Of a stretch of DNA of 45,833 nt, positions 11,661-23,423 are shown piece after piece. A program made the translations under genes and the position numbers. This DNA is from Chiloscyllium plagiosum (lineage: Eukaryota): assembly GCF_004010195.1 (NCBI RefSeq), contig NC_057719.1:90927550-90973382 (forward strand), in the 5' to 3' direction. Under the pieces are notes generated by a model that saw only the letters and a list, made by a program, of their open reading frames with translations, ran no database searches and was not told the origin of the DNA. Each line of letters begins with the position of its first letter. Position 1 is the first letter of the stretch.

Positions 11661-12361
11661 TGAGTTGAACCAGGTGACATAAGAGGAAGCAAGTAGTGCT
11701 TTTGGCTAAAGAATGGGAGTGATATTTGAAGATCAGAGGATACAGTTTGGGTCAGAATTAGCAAATTTCCAGGGAGAGAGAAAGGGGAACACAGGACAAG
11801 GGGCACAGTATCTGTTATAATCCTGATTGAGTAGCCATGATTTATCAATATTTAGCTCATAATCCAGCTCTCAACAAGCAGGAAGCAAAAACAATATGAA
11901 TTATAAATAACGGTGGAAAGCCAAGTACAATGCAATAAGATACTGGAACATACACAAGCTTAATGTCCACTGCTATTCATCAGGGTACTCTCAGGTGTCT
12001 TGATCTATATCTTCATATAGCACAGTGCCTCATTAACTCTCAATAAAATGTTTGACCAGGTACCTAATTCTTTGGCATTGCTGGTAAATTCAGCTTCACT
12101 GCATTCCCTGGCAGTCTGTATTTAGCATTTATGTTAGAAATTTACCTTGTGCTCATGGACATTAAGAATTCCCATGGTTCAGGCCCCGGAGATCTCTGGT
12201 GACTAATTTTCTCTGTTTTGGGTGAGTTTAAAGCTGCACCAAAATGATTCAGGTATAAGTTAATGAGATTGCCAGAACCTGCTTGGGCTGGGACCAGAAA
12301 CAGAAAGTGTTCTCTACCTACCAACCCTCAGGATACAGAATAATTTGAAAAGTTAACAAAC

Positions 12362-12425
12362 CGAGGCAGATGTCTCTCCTGGAAGTAGAACCCTAATTGC
12401 TTCTGGTCCTTTTCTGGTACAGAAT
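12362..12425 (-). CDS. CDAN1: Codanin-1 internal exon (~exon 21), (E)FCTRKGPEAIRVLLPGETSAS
   Basis: Acceptor tttttttttcttcaactttacag, donor TCG|gtttgt; 64 nt, phase 2 to 0; similar to human FCQRKSPGAVRALLPEET (recalled). Confidence 0.93.
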
Positions 12426-12684
12426 CTGTAAAGTTGAAGAAAAAAAAAATACTTCAGAAATACTTTAATAATTCTAAATTTGGATCCAAATATCAGATCA
12501 GAGCATCAGATGAAATCCCTATGTCAAGCCATTGGAGGGCTTGAGCCTTCAGGCAGGACCTTCAGGTGAAGAATGCATCCCCCTTGTCTTTTCTTACACC
12601 ATTATGCAGGTTTTTGTTCAAAACGGGAAATGATCACTGAACCTATACAATACACACACTATCACTCTGATTGTAGGTGCTTAC

Positions 12685-12834
12685 TCTCTGCCTTTGATAA
12701 TAGCCTGCTTGCCTTCGTCACAGAGTTCACATATCACACTTTCAAGTAGCTCAGGTAGATTGGTTTTCTCATCCTTCATTGCATTTTGCAGCTTTGTTGT
12801 CCCATGCTTGACTAGCTCAGACACCAAACTCGCC
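12685..12834 (-). CDS. CDAN1: Codanin-1 internal exon (~exon 20), (K)ASLVSELVKHGTTKLQNAMKDEKTNLPELLESVICELCDEGKQAIIKGR(E)
   Basis: Acceptor tattctttcctag, donor GA|gtaagc; 150 nt, phase 2/2; in frame with both neighbours. Confidence 0.9.
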
Positions 12835-13469
12835 CTAGGAAAGAATAGGCAATAATTGAGCTTACTCTCATTGTTAAATGCTTTAAAGGAGGTCACCTTG
12901 AATATAAAATTTAAACCTATTTGTTTTATTAAAAAGTCACCTGCCCTAAGTCCCATCTTGAACACATGATCAAATTCATACAGAGGAGAATGGTGACAAT
13001 ATACAGGATAAGATTAAAGTTTTCAGAACTGTAAACGTTGTACACTTTGGTTGGAAGAATAAGGCAGCCACATACACCTTGGAAAACAAATGTCCAAATT
13101 TGATGGATGAGAAGGATGCAGGAACATGCGTTACAAAGTCAATATTTTAAAAGAAATCAAAGAATTTAGTTTAATTGAAAAGCAGAAGACAAGTCACAAG
13201 GCAAAACATGTGGCCTCTGACATCCTCCAGTAGCCACAGCATTTTGTATGTTTGGTCTGATTGAGCTTCTAGTTAACAGTGACTTCCTGAAAGACTCAAC
13301 CTTGGTTATGCTACTGAATATGAAATAGTTGTCATTATCTGAATGTTACTTGTCACCCAAACCTGATCGCTGTTCAGGCCTTGCTGCAAGCAAGCACAAA
13401 CTGCTTCATTAACTGAGGAGGTGTGAATAAAACTTACATCAGTCAGTCTTACATTGGTGGTGAACAAAC

Positions 13470-14305
13470 TATTGGAGAGGATTCTGAGAGACAGGATTTA
13501 CGATTATTTGGAAAAACATAGTTTGACTAGAGATAGTCAGGTCATGTCTCACCAGCCTTTTGAAAACTTTCAGGATGTGATAAAACACAGAATACAAGGT
13601 TAAAGGCAGGATTCTTGGCAGTGTGGAGGAACCGAGTGATGTTGGGGTCCATGTCCATAGATCCCTCAAAGTTGCCACTTAGGGTTGTTAAGGCGGCGTA
13701 TGGTGTGTTGGCTTTCATTAACGGGGGGTTTGATTTTAAGCTTACGCAAGGTTATGCTGCATCGCTTTAAAGTCCTGGTTAGACCACATTTGGAATATTG
13801 CGTTCAGTTCTGGTCGCCTTATTATAGGAAGGACGTGGAAGCTTTAGAGAGGGTGCAAAGGAGATTTACCAGGATCTGTCTGGACTGGAGAGCATGTCTT
13901 ATGAAGAAAGGTTAGAGCACTCAGGCTTTTCTCATTGGAGGGAAGAAGGGTGAGAGGTGACGTAATAGAGGTGTACAAGATGATGACAGGCATAGATAGT
14001 GTGGATAGGCAGAGACTTTTTGCGAGAAATGGCTATCATGAGGGAGCATAATTTTAAGGCGTTTGGAGTAAGGTTTAGGGGAGATGTCTCAGGTTAGTTC
14101 TTTACACAGAGTGGTGGGTGAGTGGAATGCACTGCCAGCAGTGGTGGTTGAGTCAGATACTTTAGGGATATTTAAACGACTCCTGGATAGGCATGAGTGA
14201 TAGTAAAATGAAGGGTATGTCGGTTAGCTTGATCTTAAGAGTAGGATAAAAGATCGGCATAACATCAACGGCTGAAGGGCCTGTACTGTGCTGTACTGTC
14301 TACAT
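13470..14305 (+). mobile_element. CR1/HER1-type LINE 3' fragment
   Basis: ORF 13685-13915 LVRPHLEYCVQFWSPYYRKDVEALERVQRRFTR; tail ggctgaagggcctgtactgtgctgtactgt. Confidence 0.9.
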
Positions 14306-14414
14306 TTAATGTAACTGAAATTGTGAAATAAAATCCCTACTTCTGATTTCTGCAGGTAGATCATGGATGAATAGCTGAAGATGCTTGGGCTTGGAATATT
14401 ACCTTGTGTAACTT

Positions 14415-14525
14415 GGGTTCTTGTGGCACATTGGTAGTATCCCTAACTCTGAGCCAGCAGGGCTAGGTTCAAGTCTCCCTGTTCCAGAGGTGTGTAATAA
14501 CATCCCTGACACAGGTTGATTATAA
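14415..14525 (+). mobile_element. tRNA-derived SINE fragment
   Basis: A-box-like tggcacattggtag and B-box-like ggttcaagtc followed by ccagaggtgtgtaataacatc; related reverse fragment at ~32050-32095. Confidence 0.6.
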
Positions 14526-14919
14526 ATTATGTGCATGAGCAACTCCTGCAGTGATATCCTGGGATTGACATGACTGACTTCCAAAAGTCATAACCATCTT
14601 CCCTTCTGCTGGATACGATAGCAACCAGAGGACAACTTTCCCAGATTCTCAATTACTTCAATCTTACTAAAGTGTCCTTGATGTCTCAATCAGTAAAATG
14701 CTGCCTTTACATCAAATGTAGTCAGTTTCACCATGATTCTGAAATCATTCAGCAATACCTAGCTGCAAACATATGGAGGTTTGGGGCAGGTGTTTTGTTC
14801 TTTACCCAGCAGTGGTGGATCGGTGGGGACTTCTAGTGTGTATCATTGTGGAGGCTGTTTCAATCTTTATATTGGAAAAGACAGTAGGATATATCACAGG
14901 CCTCTTATAGTACCTGTGT

Positions 14920-15927
14920 ATTCCTTCTAGTAAGTCTGTGACTAGCGGTGTGCCACAAGGATCAGTGCTTGGTCCAATGATTTTTGTCACTTATATAAAT
15001 GATTTGGATGTGAACATAGGAGGTATGGTTAGTAAGTTCGTAGATGACACTAAAATTGGAAGTGTAGTGGACAACAAAGATCATCTCTGAATAGAATAGA
15101 ATGGGATCTTGATCAGATGGGCCAACAGGTCAAGTAGTGGCAGATGTGAGCTGGATTTCGATAAATGCCAAGTGCTACATTTTGGAAAGGCAAATCAGAG
15201 TATGACTTATATACTTAATGCTAAGGATATGGAGAGTGTTGCTGAACAAAGAGATCTTGGAGTGCAGGTTCACAGTTCCTTGAAAGTGAGTGCCAGGTAG
15301 ATAGGATAGTGAAGAAGGCTTGCTGTTATTGGTCAGTGCATTGAGTGGGGGTTGGGAGGTCTTGTTATAGCTGCACAGGACATTGATTCAACCACTTTTG
15401 GAATACGGTGTACAATTCTGGTCTCTACTGAATGTTGTGAAACTTAAAAGGCTTCAGAAAAGATTTACAAAGATACTGCCAGGGTTACAGGATCTGAGCT
15501 ATATTGAGAGGCTGAATAGGCAGGGGCTATTTTCCTGGGAGTGTCAGAGACCGAGGGGTGACTTCATAGAGGTTTATAAAATCATGAGGGGCATGGAGAG
15601 GGTAAGTAGACAAGGACTTCTCTCCAGGGTGGGGGAGTCCAAAACTAGAGGGTATAGGTTTAGGGTGAGAGGGAAAAGGGACCAAAGGGGTCACCTTTTC
15701 ATCGAGAGGGTGGTGTTTGTACAGAAGGTGCTGCCAGAGGAAGTGGCGGAGGCCGGTACAATTACAACATTTAAAAAACATCTGGGAGGGTATATAAATA
15801 GGAAAAGTTTAAAGGGATATGGATCAAATGCTGGCAAATGGAACTAGATTTATTTAGGGTATCTGGTCAGCATGAACAAGTTGGAACAAACTGTCTGTTT
15901 CCAGGCTTTTATATCTCTATGACTCTA
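14920..15927 (+). mobile_element. HER1/CR1 LINE, RT C-terminus to 3' tail
   Basis: gtgactagcggtgtgccacaaggatcagtgcttggtcca (SGVPQGSVLGP), ttcgtagatgacact (FxDDT), ORF 15383-15847; tail tctctatgactcta. Confidence 0.92.
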
Positions 15928-16029
15928 ATGTAACTTTAATAGGAAGATAACCAGAATAGACCCATTAAGGGTGCAAGACTCGCCCCTCCATATGCATTAG
16001 TGAATGTATTTTGTTAAAAATGGATGGTT
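15864..16029 (+). repeat. 166-bp direct duplication, copy 1
   Basis: Matches 16970-17135 with 2 substitutions. Confidence 0.95.
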
Positions 16030-16178
16030 TCAAGTGTCAGCGCTTCTGCACTCGACAGAGTTTTAAATATATATTGATAATATAGCATTGTAAAGATATG
16101 CATTATTTCCTGCAAAAGGTATCTGAAATATGGCATTTTTAAACTTTTTCTGTCATATTAAGTAGTATTATTGCTTAC

Positions 16179-16282
16179 TTGATGTGCTTTACACAGTTTG
16201 ATCCAACTCTTTCAGCCACAAACTCAACTGTTTTGCGAAGAGATGGTGGTTGATTGTGAAAGAAGGCCTCTTCCAATTTCAC
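16179..16282 (-). CDS. CDAN1: Codanin-1 internal exon (~exon 19), [34 protein letters not shown](K)
   Basis: Acceptor ttgctggttag, donor AA|gtaagc; 104 nt, phase 0 to 2; highly conserved [30 protein letters not shown]. Confidence 0.97.
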
Positions 16283-16752
16283 CTAACCAGCAATCAGAAA
16301 CATAACATTAAGCACTTGGTGTAAGTGATCTCCTCCAGCAGGAGGTATTGCTTCTGCTTTGATTTATGGTCATGCTGCAAAAAGCAATCTGTACCATGAG
16401 AGAGCAGCATTTCCACAGATGCTGGGAAACTTGGTAGACCCAAGAACATGCAAGGAACCACTGAGCCCGTCATCCAATAGCACTTATTGAAATGTGAATG
16501 ATTGTGCATGTTTATCTAGGGTTACGTGAAAACACTGGAGACAACACATCTACTATGTACGAGAACAGATACTTGTCTTTACTGGAAGAAAATGGTTGAC
16601 AATCTGAGGTACTGAAACAAAGGAAATAAGGCAAACCTATTTGAACAGACACCAAAATATAGCAGACATTTAATGCAGAATGTCAACATAAAACAATTGA
16701 GACACTGTCTTGTAGTAGGCCCTTGGCAGAGGATTCCTGCGTTCAACATTAC

Positions 16753-16886
16753 CTGGAGTTTCTGCTGTGATTGTACCAAAGTCGGTACTGAAGGTTCTGC
16801 TGCAGTTGGTGTGATCTTTCTCATGTACCCTCCATTTTTAACCCCACTACCAGCAACGTAGGAAGCCAACAGCTTGCGCAGCTCAC
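16753..16886 (-). CDS. CDAN1: Codanin-1 internal exon (~exon 18), (S)ELRKLLASYVAGSGVKNGGYMRKITPTAAEPSVPTLVQSQQKLQ
   Basis: Acceptor cttgtgttgcag, donor CAG|gtaatg; 134 nt, phase 1 to 0; ELRKLLAS and MRKITPT motifs. Confidence 0.95.
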
Positions 16887-16969
16887 CTGCAACACAAGAC
16901 CTGATGAAACATCTGAGCATGGCTTACATGAATTGGCACAACTTGTTAGTGGTTAACTATCACACATTT

Positions 16970-17135
16970 TGGTCAGCATGAACAAGTTGGAACAAACTGT
17001 CTGTTTCCAGGCTTTTATATCTCTATGACTCTAATGTAACTTTAATAGGAAGATAACCAGAATAGGCCCATTAAGGGCGCAAGACTCGCCCCTCCATATG
17101 CATTAGTGAATGTATTTTGTTAAAAATGGATGGTT
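16970..17135 (+). repeat. 166-bp direct duplication, copy 2
   Basis: Matches 15864-16029 with 2 substitutions (gaatagAccc/gaatagGccc; gggTgc/gggCgc). Confidence 0.95.
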
Positions 17136-17675
17136 AGCAGGTTTGTGGTAAATAAATTAGATAAACTAATGAATGGAATGTTAGAACAGCAAATACATGT
17201 GAGAGCTTGCAGTTTGCATGGTTTCTGATCACATTATGCTTCCACGGAGATACACTTAAGAGAAATTAAACACTGTGGCAGGAAAAGATTCAAGTGAGAA
17301 AGCTATAACAGGCCATCAACTAAGCAACAGACTGTGGAGCTGCCTTACTGAAAGTGTAGTTTCTAACAAGAGTCACAGTTAATGGACGAAGTAGAGCAAC
17401 ATTTTTGTTTTAATTACTGGGGAGGGATATGAAGTCAAAATAGGAAGACAGAGTTCAGATGCAGATCTACCAAAACCTAATCAAATGGAAGTGGCTAACG
17501 GGATTCTGTTCCAAAAGTGAAAAGTGAATATTCATTTGTAAAATAAGATTGAAACCAAAACTAATTTAGTACATCAATGCCATACTAAAAAGTATGAGCT
17601 TAGTTTCCCAGAGAAAGGAAAACAAAACCAATGTTTCCTTGGATCTTAGATCTAGAGAATGTGCGTCAACTTGAG

Positions 17676-17989
17676 TTTAGATTACTTAGTGTGGAAACAG
17701 GCCCTTCGTCCCAACAAGTCCACACCAACCCACCGAAGCGCAACCCACCCAGACCCATTCCCCTACATTTACCTCTTCACCTAACACTACGGGCAATTTA
17801 GCATGGCCAATTTACCTAACCTGCACATTTTTTGGATTGTGGGAGGAAACTGGAGCACCCAGAGGAAACCCACGCAGACACGGGGAGGATGTGCAAACTC
17901 CACACAGAGAGTCGCCTGAGGCGGGAATTGAACCCGGGTCTCTGGCACTGTGAGGCAGCAGTGCTAACCACTGTGCCACCGGGCCGCCC
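17676..17989 (-). mobile_element. HE1-type tRNA-derived SINE, full length
   Basis: Minus strand: gtggcacagtggttagcactgctgcctcacag (A box), gggttcaattccc (B box), tgtgtggagtttgcac...gggtttcc core, LINE-like tail gggcctgtttccacact...gtaatctaa. Confidence 0.93.
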
Positions 17990-18209
17990 ACTGAGTTGTC
18001 ATATACCACACCATCTCGGAAGCCCTAATGGTAAAGTGACTTGTGATACACTAATAAAATAAGAGGGGTGCCTTAAAATATCACTTTTAAATAATCTATG
18101 GCCTCTGTTTCCTTGTTCTCAATGCTAATGTCATCTTTGAAAAACATTGTAAGTCAATTAAATGTGACTTAAAAGCAGAAAACACCAATACATTAACTAT
18201 TTATCTTTT

Positions 18210-18285
18210 CATTGATGTTGCCTGAATATTTTTGACATTTGTTTATATTTTAGATTTTGCATCTACAGCATTTTGGTTTTGTAGT
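18210..18285 (+). mobile_element. Very old PLE-type terminal fragment
   Basis: gatgttgcctgaatattttt...ttttagattttgcatctacagcattttg resembles the gatgctgcctgacc...ccagcatctgcag tail of the younger elements. Confidence 0.4.
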
Positions 18286-18956
18286 CACAAATGACTTCTT
18301 TTTCAACATTTATTGGGTCATGCTAACCCTGAACCTTAGTTTAACTGTTAAAAACAACTTTACAGTTTTCAGTCACACTCTATCCTCTTACTTCACAATA
18401 CAGATGCAACAGTTTACTTTTTCAGAATGTCTCTTGGACCTAGTAATTATTAAGTTGATTACAGTCACAATCATTTACAGCACAGGTGATGGTCATGCAG
18501 CCCTCTAAAACAAACCAGTCAGTTTGTCCTTTGTCCTGTTTCATTCCCATAAACATGCAAAGTGTATTTCACTCAAATTCCTATGCAAGCTCCTTTTGAA
18601 ATCATTAATTATATCAATTTATCACTCTCATAAGCAATGAATTCCAAATAATTACAACTTACCATGTTAAATAGCTCTCCCTCATAATCCCCTGTATCTC
18701 TTCCCCCAACCTTAAATGCATGTCCCTTCCTACTTGTACTATCCATCTGGATAGGCTAATCTTTGTTTACCTTATGTAAACCCGGTACAATCATGTACAC
18801 CTCAATGTAACCACTCTTTTTGAAATGCCTTCACAATAGAACACAAAATGAATTCCAGATGTGCAGTAGCAGACAGATCAAGCAAATGTCTATATAATTT
18901 TCTATCTTTAGCACCACCTCCTCTAACCCATCTTCCAATGTTGAGAACATACTCAC

Positions 18957-19011
18957 TCAGATAAGGACAGCAAAGATACAGTAGTTGTTGGTCAACCAGT
19001 GGGATGGAATC
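18957..19011 (-). CDS. CDAN1: Codanin-1 internal exon (~exon 17), DSIPLVDQQLLYLCCPYL(S)
   Basis: Acceptor ttttccttttacag, donor GA|gtgagt; 55 nt, phase 0 to 1; VDQQLLYxCCPY motif. Confidence 0.95.
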
Positions 19012-19369
19012 CTGTAAAAGGAAAAGCACACACCATGCTCAGTCTAACTTGATACATTTCTTGGATATGGACCTCTATTATAAATTACGCAGCTCAGGGT
19101 GAAATTGTTTTGAAAATAGATCTTTTTGTTGTCCATTTGGCTTATTATAGCACCAATCATTGAGAATCCACAAACAGAATAGACTCATAAGTTCTTTCTT
19201 TAAATATTATAAACAAATTAATATATATATTAAAAAGGCTGCAATAAAATGCCAAAAATTGTCTGACATTACAACTGAGAGATGGGAGATCATTGCACTG
19301 TCAGCATTCGCTCAACAACACTAAACAGTAACAGTGCATCATCTGATTTTCCTTTTTTCATATCTTTCA

Positions 19370-20650
19370 AAAGCTGTGGGGTGTTTTGCTGGCAGAGCCA
19401 GTGCTTGTTGCCTAACCTAAGTGGCCCCTAGACCATGATGATGAACCATCTTCTTGGGGTGGGCCTACAGGGTGTAGGTACACCTACAGCATTAATGGCC
19501 CTGGAATTCTAAGATTTTGACACATAGACAATGAAGATATAGCAATATAGCTCCAGTTCAGGACTCTATTTGGCATGGTGGTGTCACTTGCAGATGGAGG
19601 AGTTTCCATCTGCACTCTGTTCTTCTTGGTGGTAGACAACTCAGCTTTAGGTACTGTCAAAGTCGTCTTCATAAGTTGCTACCGTACATGCTTTTGATAG
19701 CAGAGATGACGGGAGTGAATTGTTCATGTTATGAATCTTTTATCAATCAAATTCTGGAGGTTGCCAATCTTATTGTTTGAGTGTTGTTGGAAGCCATGCA
19801 TCTTCTGACTAGTGGCTTGTGAGGTGAATAGGATTTTGGGGAGTAGAGCAAATTACTCACCACAGAATTCAGAACTTCTAGTCTATCTTTGCAACAATGA
19901 TATTTGTGTCATTGAGTCATAGAGTTGTACAGCATGGAAATAGACCCTTCTGTCCAACTCCTCCATGCCAACCAGCTATCCCAACCCAACCTAGTCCCAC
20001 CTGCCAGCACCCAGCCCATATCCCTCCAAACCCTTCCTATTCATATACCCATCCAGATGCCTTTTAAATATTGCAATTGTACTAACCTCCACCACTTCGT
20101 CTGGCAGCTCATTCTATGCACGTAATCACCCTTTGCATGAAGAAGTTGCCCTTTAGGTCTCTTTTATACCTTTCCCCTCTCACCCTAAACCTATGCCCTC
20201 TAGTTCTGGACTTCCCCACCCCAGGGAAAAGACTTTGTGCTCAGTTTAGTTGTGTTTCTGTTCAATGCTGACCTTTAGGATGTTGATGATGGGGGATTTG
20301 GTTATGGTAATGCTGTTGAATGTCGATGGAGGATCACCAATACTTTCAGTTGTGATAGAAATTGGCATTGTTTTGTCCTTGTGTAACACAAATGTTACTA
20401 GCCAAGCTTGAATGGTGTCCACTGAACCAGTCTGATCCCTGCAATATGAGCTGAATTGTGAATGGAACTGACAGCTGTGCAATCATCGAGCATCTCCATT
20501 TCTAAATTTATGACTTTATGACGGATGGAGTTTTATTGATGGTTAAACCTAGGGCACTAATCTCCAGCAACATTAGCCATCTTTCTTTGTATTTTGGTAT
20601 TGCTTCAACCACTTAGAGAATACTCCTCAATTCCCCATGACTTACTAATG
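19370..20650 (-). mobile_element. Decayed LINE of a second family, with a HER1 tail nested inside
   Basis: Reverse-complement similarity to the plus copy at 34275-35270; minus ORF 20246-20482 ITKSPIINILKVSIEQKHN resembles a LINE ORF2 post-RT segment. Confidence 0.6.
19913..20240 (-). mobile_element. HER1/CR1 LINE 3' tail
   Basis: gagtcatagagttgtacagcatggaaatagacccttc...ccagggaaaagactttgt, closely matching 5815-6140. Confidence 0.88.
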
Positions 20651-20699
20651 GTCATTAATGCTATCTTGCAGTCTGGGTAATGCAAGACCTCCATGAAAA

Positions 20700-22950
20700 C
20701 ATCCAGACCTCCAAACAGTACTCAGTTCTGAATAATGATCAAAGTGATGTCTCATCTGACAAATACAGCCAGAGTCAAGCTTATGGCACCATGGGCAGCT
20801 CAGCTGTGCAGTGAGGTGTACAAGGAAAACTGGAAGCGCAACAATGAAAGGTGATCAACAGTTAGGGGTTAGATAGGTGTTGCTACAGACATGTGTCTTC
20901 TGTTTGATGCAGGGCCAAGGATGTCTTTGAGTAGCTGTAGAACAGTCTGACAGGGGAGGGCAACCAGCCAGGAATGGTGGTCCACATTGACATGACTGAT
21001 ATAGGCAGAAAGGAGGTTATGGTTCTGCTAGATAGAAAACTAGCAAATAGGACCTCAAGAGTACTAATCTTCAGATTACTACAAATGGCACAGACAAGTG
21101 GATACAAGTAAGCAGATGAAGAAAATGGCTGGAAAGATGGTTCAGGAAGGAAAACATTAGAATTCTGGAACCAGTTCTCAGGAAGTTGGAACCTGTATAG
21201 GCTGGACAGTTTGCATCTGAATAGAGCTAGGATAGTATTCCAGAGGGTTGCTCGCTAGTGCTATTGTAGGGGTTTGAACAAACTTGGTAGAAAGGGAGAC
21301 AAATCACAACAAAATAAGGCAAATTAATAGGCAAGATCAGAGCAAGGAAGAAAGTAATAAAGTTTAAAATCAGGATTTCTATGCATGCCTGTGAACGTGC
21401 ACAATAATCAAATAATATTGAAGAGTTACAGGTAGAATACAGTGTGAAATTATGCTGATTTGGCTATAACCAGATAGTTGAGTCAAAAAAGGGCAGGACT
21501 GGAAGAGATGCATCAGGTGATACTGAGGCAAGTGGGTGTGGACATTTGGGAGGCACTGGCCATAATTTTCCAGTCTTAGCATTAGAGGTGATACCAGAGG
21601 AGTGGAGAATTGCAAACATCATATTTTTTTTGAAGAAGCATGTAAAGATAGGCAAAGATTAACTTCAGTGATGTGGGAAATTCTAGAAGCAATAATTAAT
21701 AGTCACAAGAACATCTGCATAATAATTAAAGAATCCAACAAAGCATGGATTAAGGGAAAATAGTGTTGAACTAACTTGTTGGAATATCCTGAAGAGGTAA
21801 CATAGAGGGTTGACGAGGGTAATATGGTTGTTGTGGTAAACATGAACTTCCAGAAGGGTATCTGATATATCTGTTACACAGCAAACTATTGGCAGAGTTA
21901 TAGGTCAAAGAATAAAAGGGATAGCAACAACATGAATACAAATTTTGCTATGTGACAGATAGGGACAGTACTGGATGACTTATGTTTTTCAAGCAGGAGA
22001 GAATAGACAGTGGAATTTACCAGGGGTCAGTTATGAGACTCTTACCTTTCCCGATAATTATTAGTAATGTCAGCTTTAGTGTACAGGGCATAATCTCAAA
22101 ATTGACAGTTAACACAAGTTGGAAGCACTGCCAACTAGGAGGAGGAAAATGCAGAACTTCCAAAGAACAGACAGATTGGTGGAATTGACTGACAGATGGC
22201 AGATGAAATTTAAGGCAGAGAAGTGTCAAGCAATTTATTAGACGAGAAGAACACAAAGACACAATACAAAATAAAGAAAATAAATCTAAAGTGAATGCAA
22301 GAGCAGATGAACCTGGGAGTACACATGCATAAATCACTGAAGGTGGCAGGACAGGTTGATCAAGCAATCAATAAAATATATAGTACCTAGACTTCATTAA
22401 TATGGGTGTAGAGCATAAGAACAAGAATGCTTTGTTGAACTTGATAAGGCACTGGTTTGACCTCAGCTGGAACAATGCATTCTGGACACCACACTTTAAG
22501 AACATGAAAGTAACAGAGAGGGTGCAAAGATTCACACGGACAAATCTAGGGATGAAGAATTTCAGTTACGCAGATTGGAGAAGTTGCGACTGCTTTCTTT
22601 GGAGAAGCGAAAGTTGAAAACTGAGCTGTTCAAATTCAAGAGGGGTCTGCATGAATAGTTAGAGACAAACCGTTCCACTCTTGAAAGGATTGAGTAAGAG
22701 AGGACGCAGCTTTAAAATAATTGGCAAAAGAAGCAAAAGCAAGAAGAAAGAACATCACAGTGAGTAGTTTGTGTCAAGAATGGACTGCTGAAAACGTCGT
22801 GGAGGCAACTTCAATTGAGACAATCAAAAGGAGAACTAGGTTATCATCTAAAAATGAATAATGTGCAGGATTAGAGACAGAAAACAGGAAAATAGCACAA
22901 AGTGAAATGCAGGGACATGGGCTGAACAGCCCTTGCTCTGCTGTGACTTA
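20700..22950 (+). mobile_element. Heavily decayed, internally deleted CR1 LINE (ORF1 to 3' tail)
   Basis: Esterase-like ORF1 remnant (gtggtggtccacattg-like, ~20975), APE start (~21380), RT remnants (aacttccagaagg; ccaggggtcagtt), ORF 22402-22617 FWTPHFK..ERVQRFTR. Confidence 0.75.
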
Positions 22951-23423
22951 AACCCTCATCTTCAACTTACTAGCTGAGGCCTCTGAATAATGAGTCCACT
23001 ATGCTACTTATTCATATGGCATTGTCAATATTTCCTGGAGTTCCTCCATCTTAATTGCACTGGGCAGGTGAGGAATGGAAGACACGACCAGCAAAAGGTT
23101 GAACTTGGGTAGGAAAGGCTCAAAGAATGGTCCTTGACAGTGTCTAACCAGGACCTGCATTGTGAAATAATATGCAACTTGAAATAGACTATGCTTCTGG
23201 GACATTGACAATTCAGCAATGATTCAATATTACACATCTCATTATCTGTTTACTTCTGGGGAGAATGAGAAACTATTTGTCTTTTAGAGTGCAGCTTATG
23301 GAATGATGGCAATGTTATGGAGTCAGGTCTACAATCTATTGTTTGCATACTTGAAGATTCCAAAATGCATTGGATATACCCATATAATTTTATGACACGG
23401 AGAAAGACAGCCAAACCAAACCA

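Noticed and set aside
17900..17989. tRNA gene
   Set aside because: A/B boxes are present but continue into the SINE core and LINE-derived tail, repeated several times in the window.
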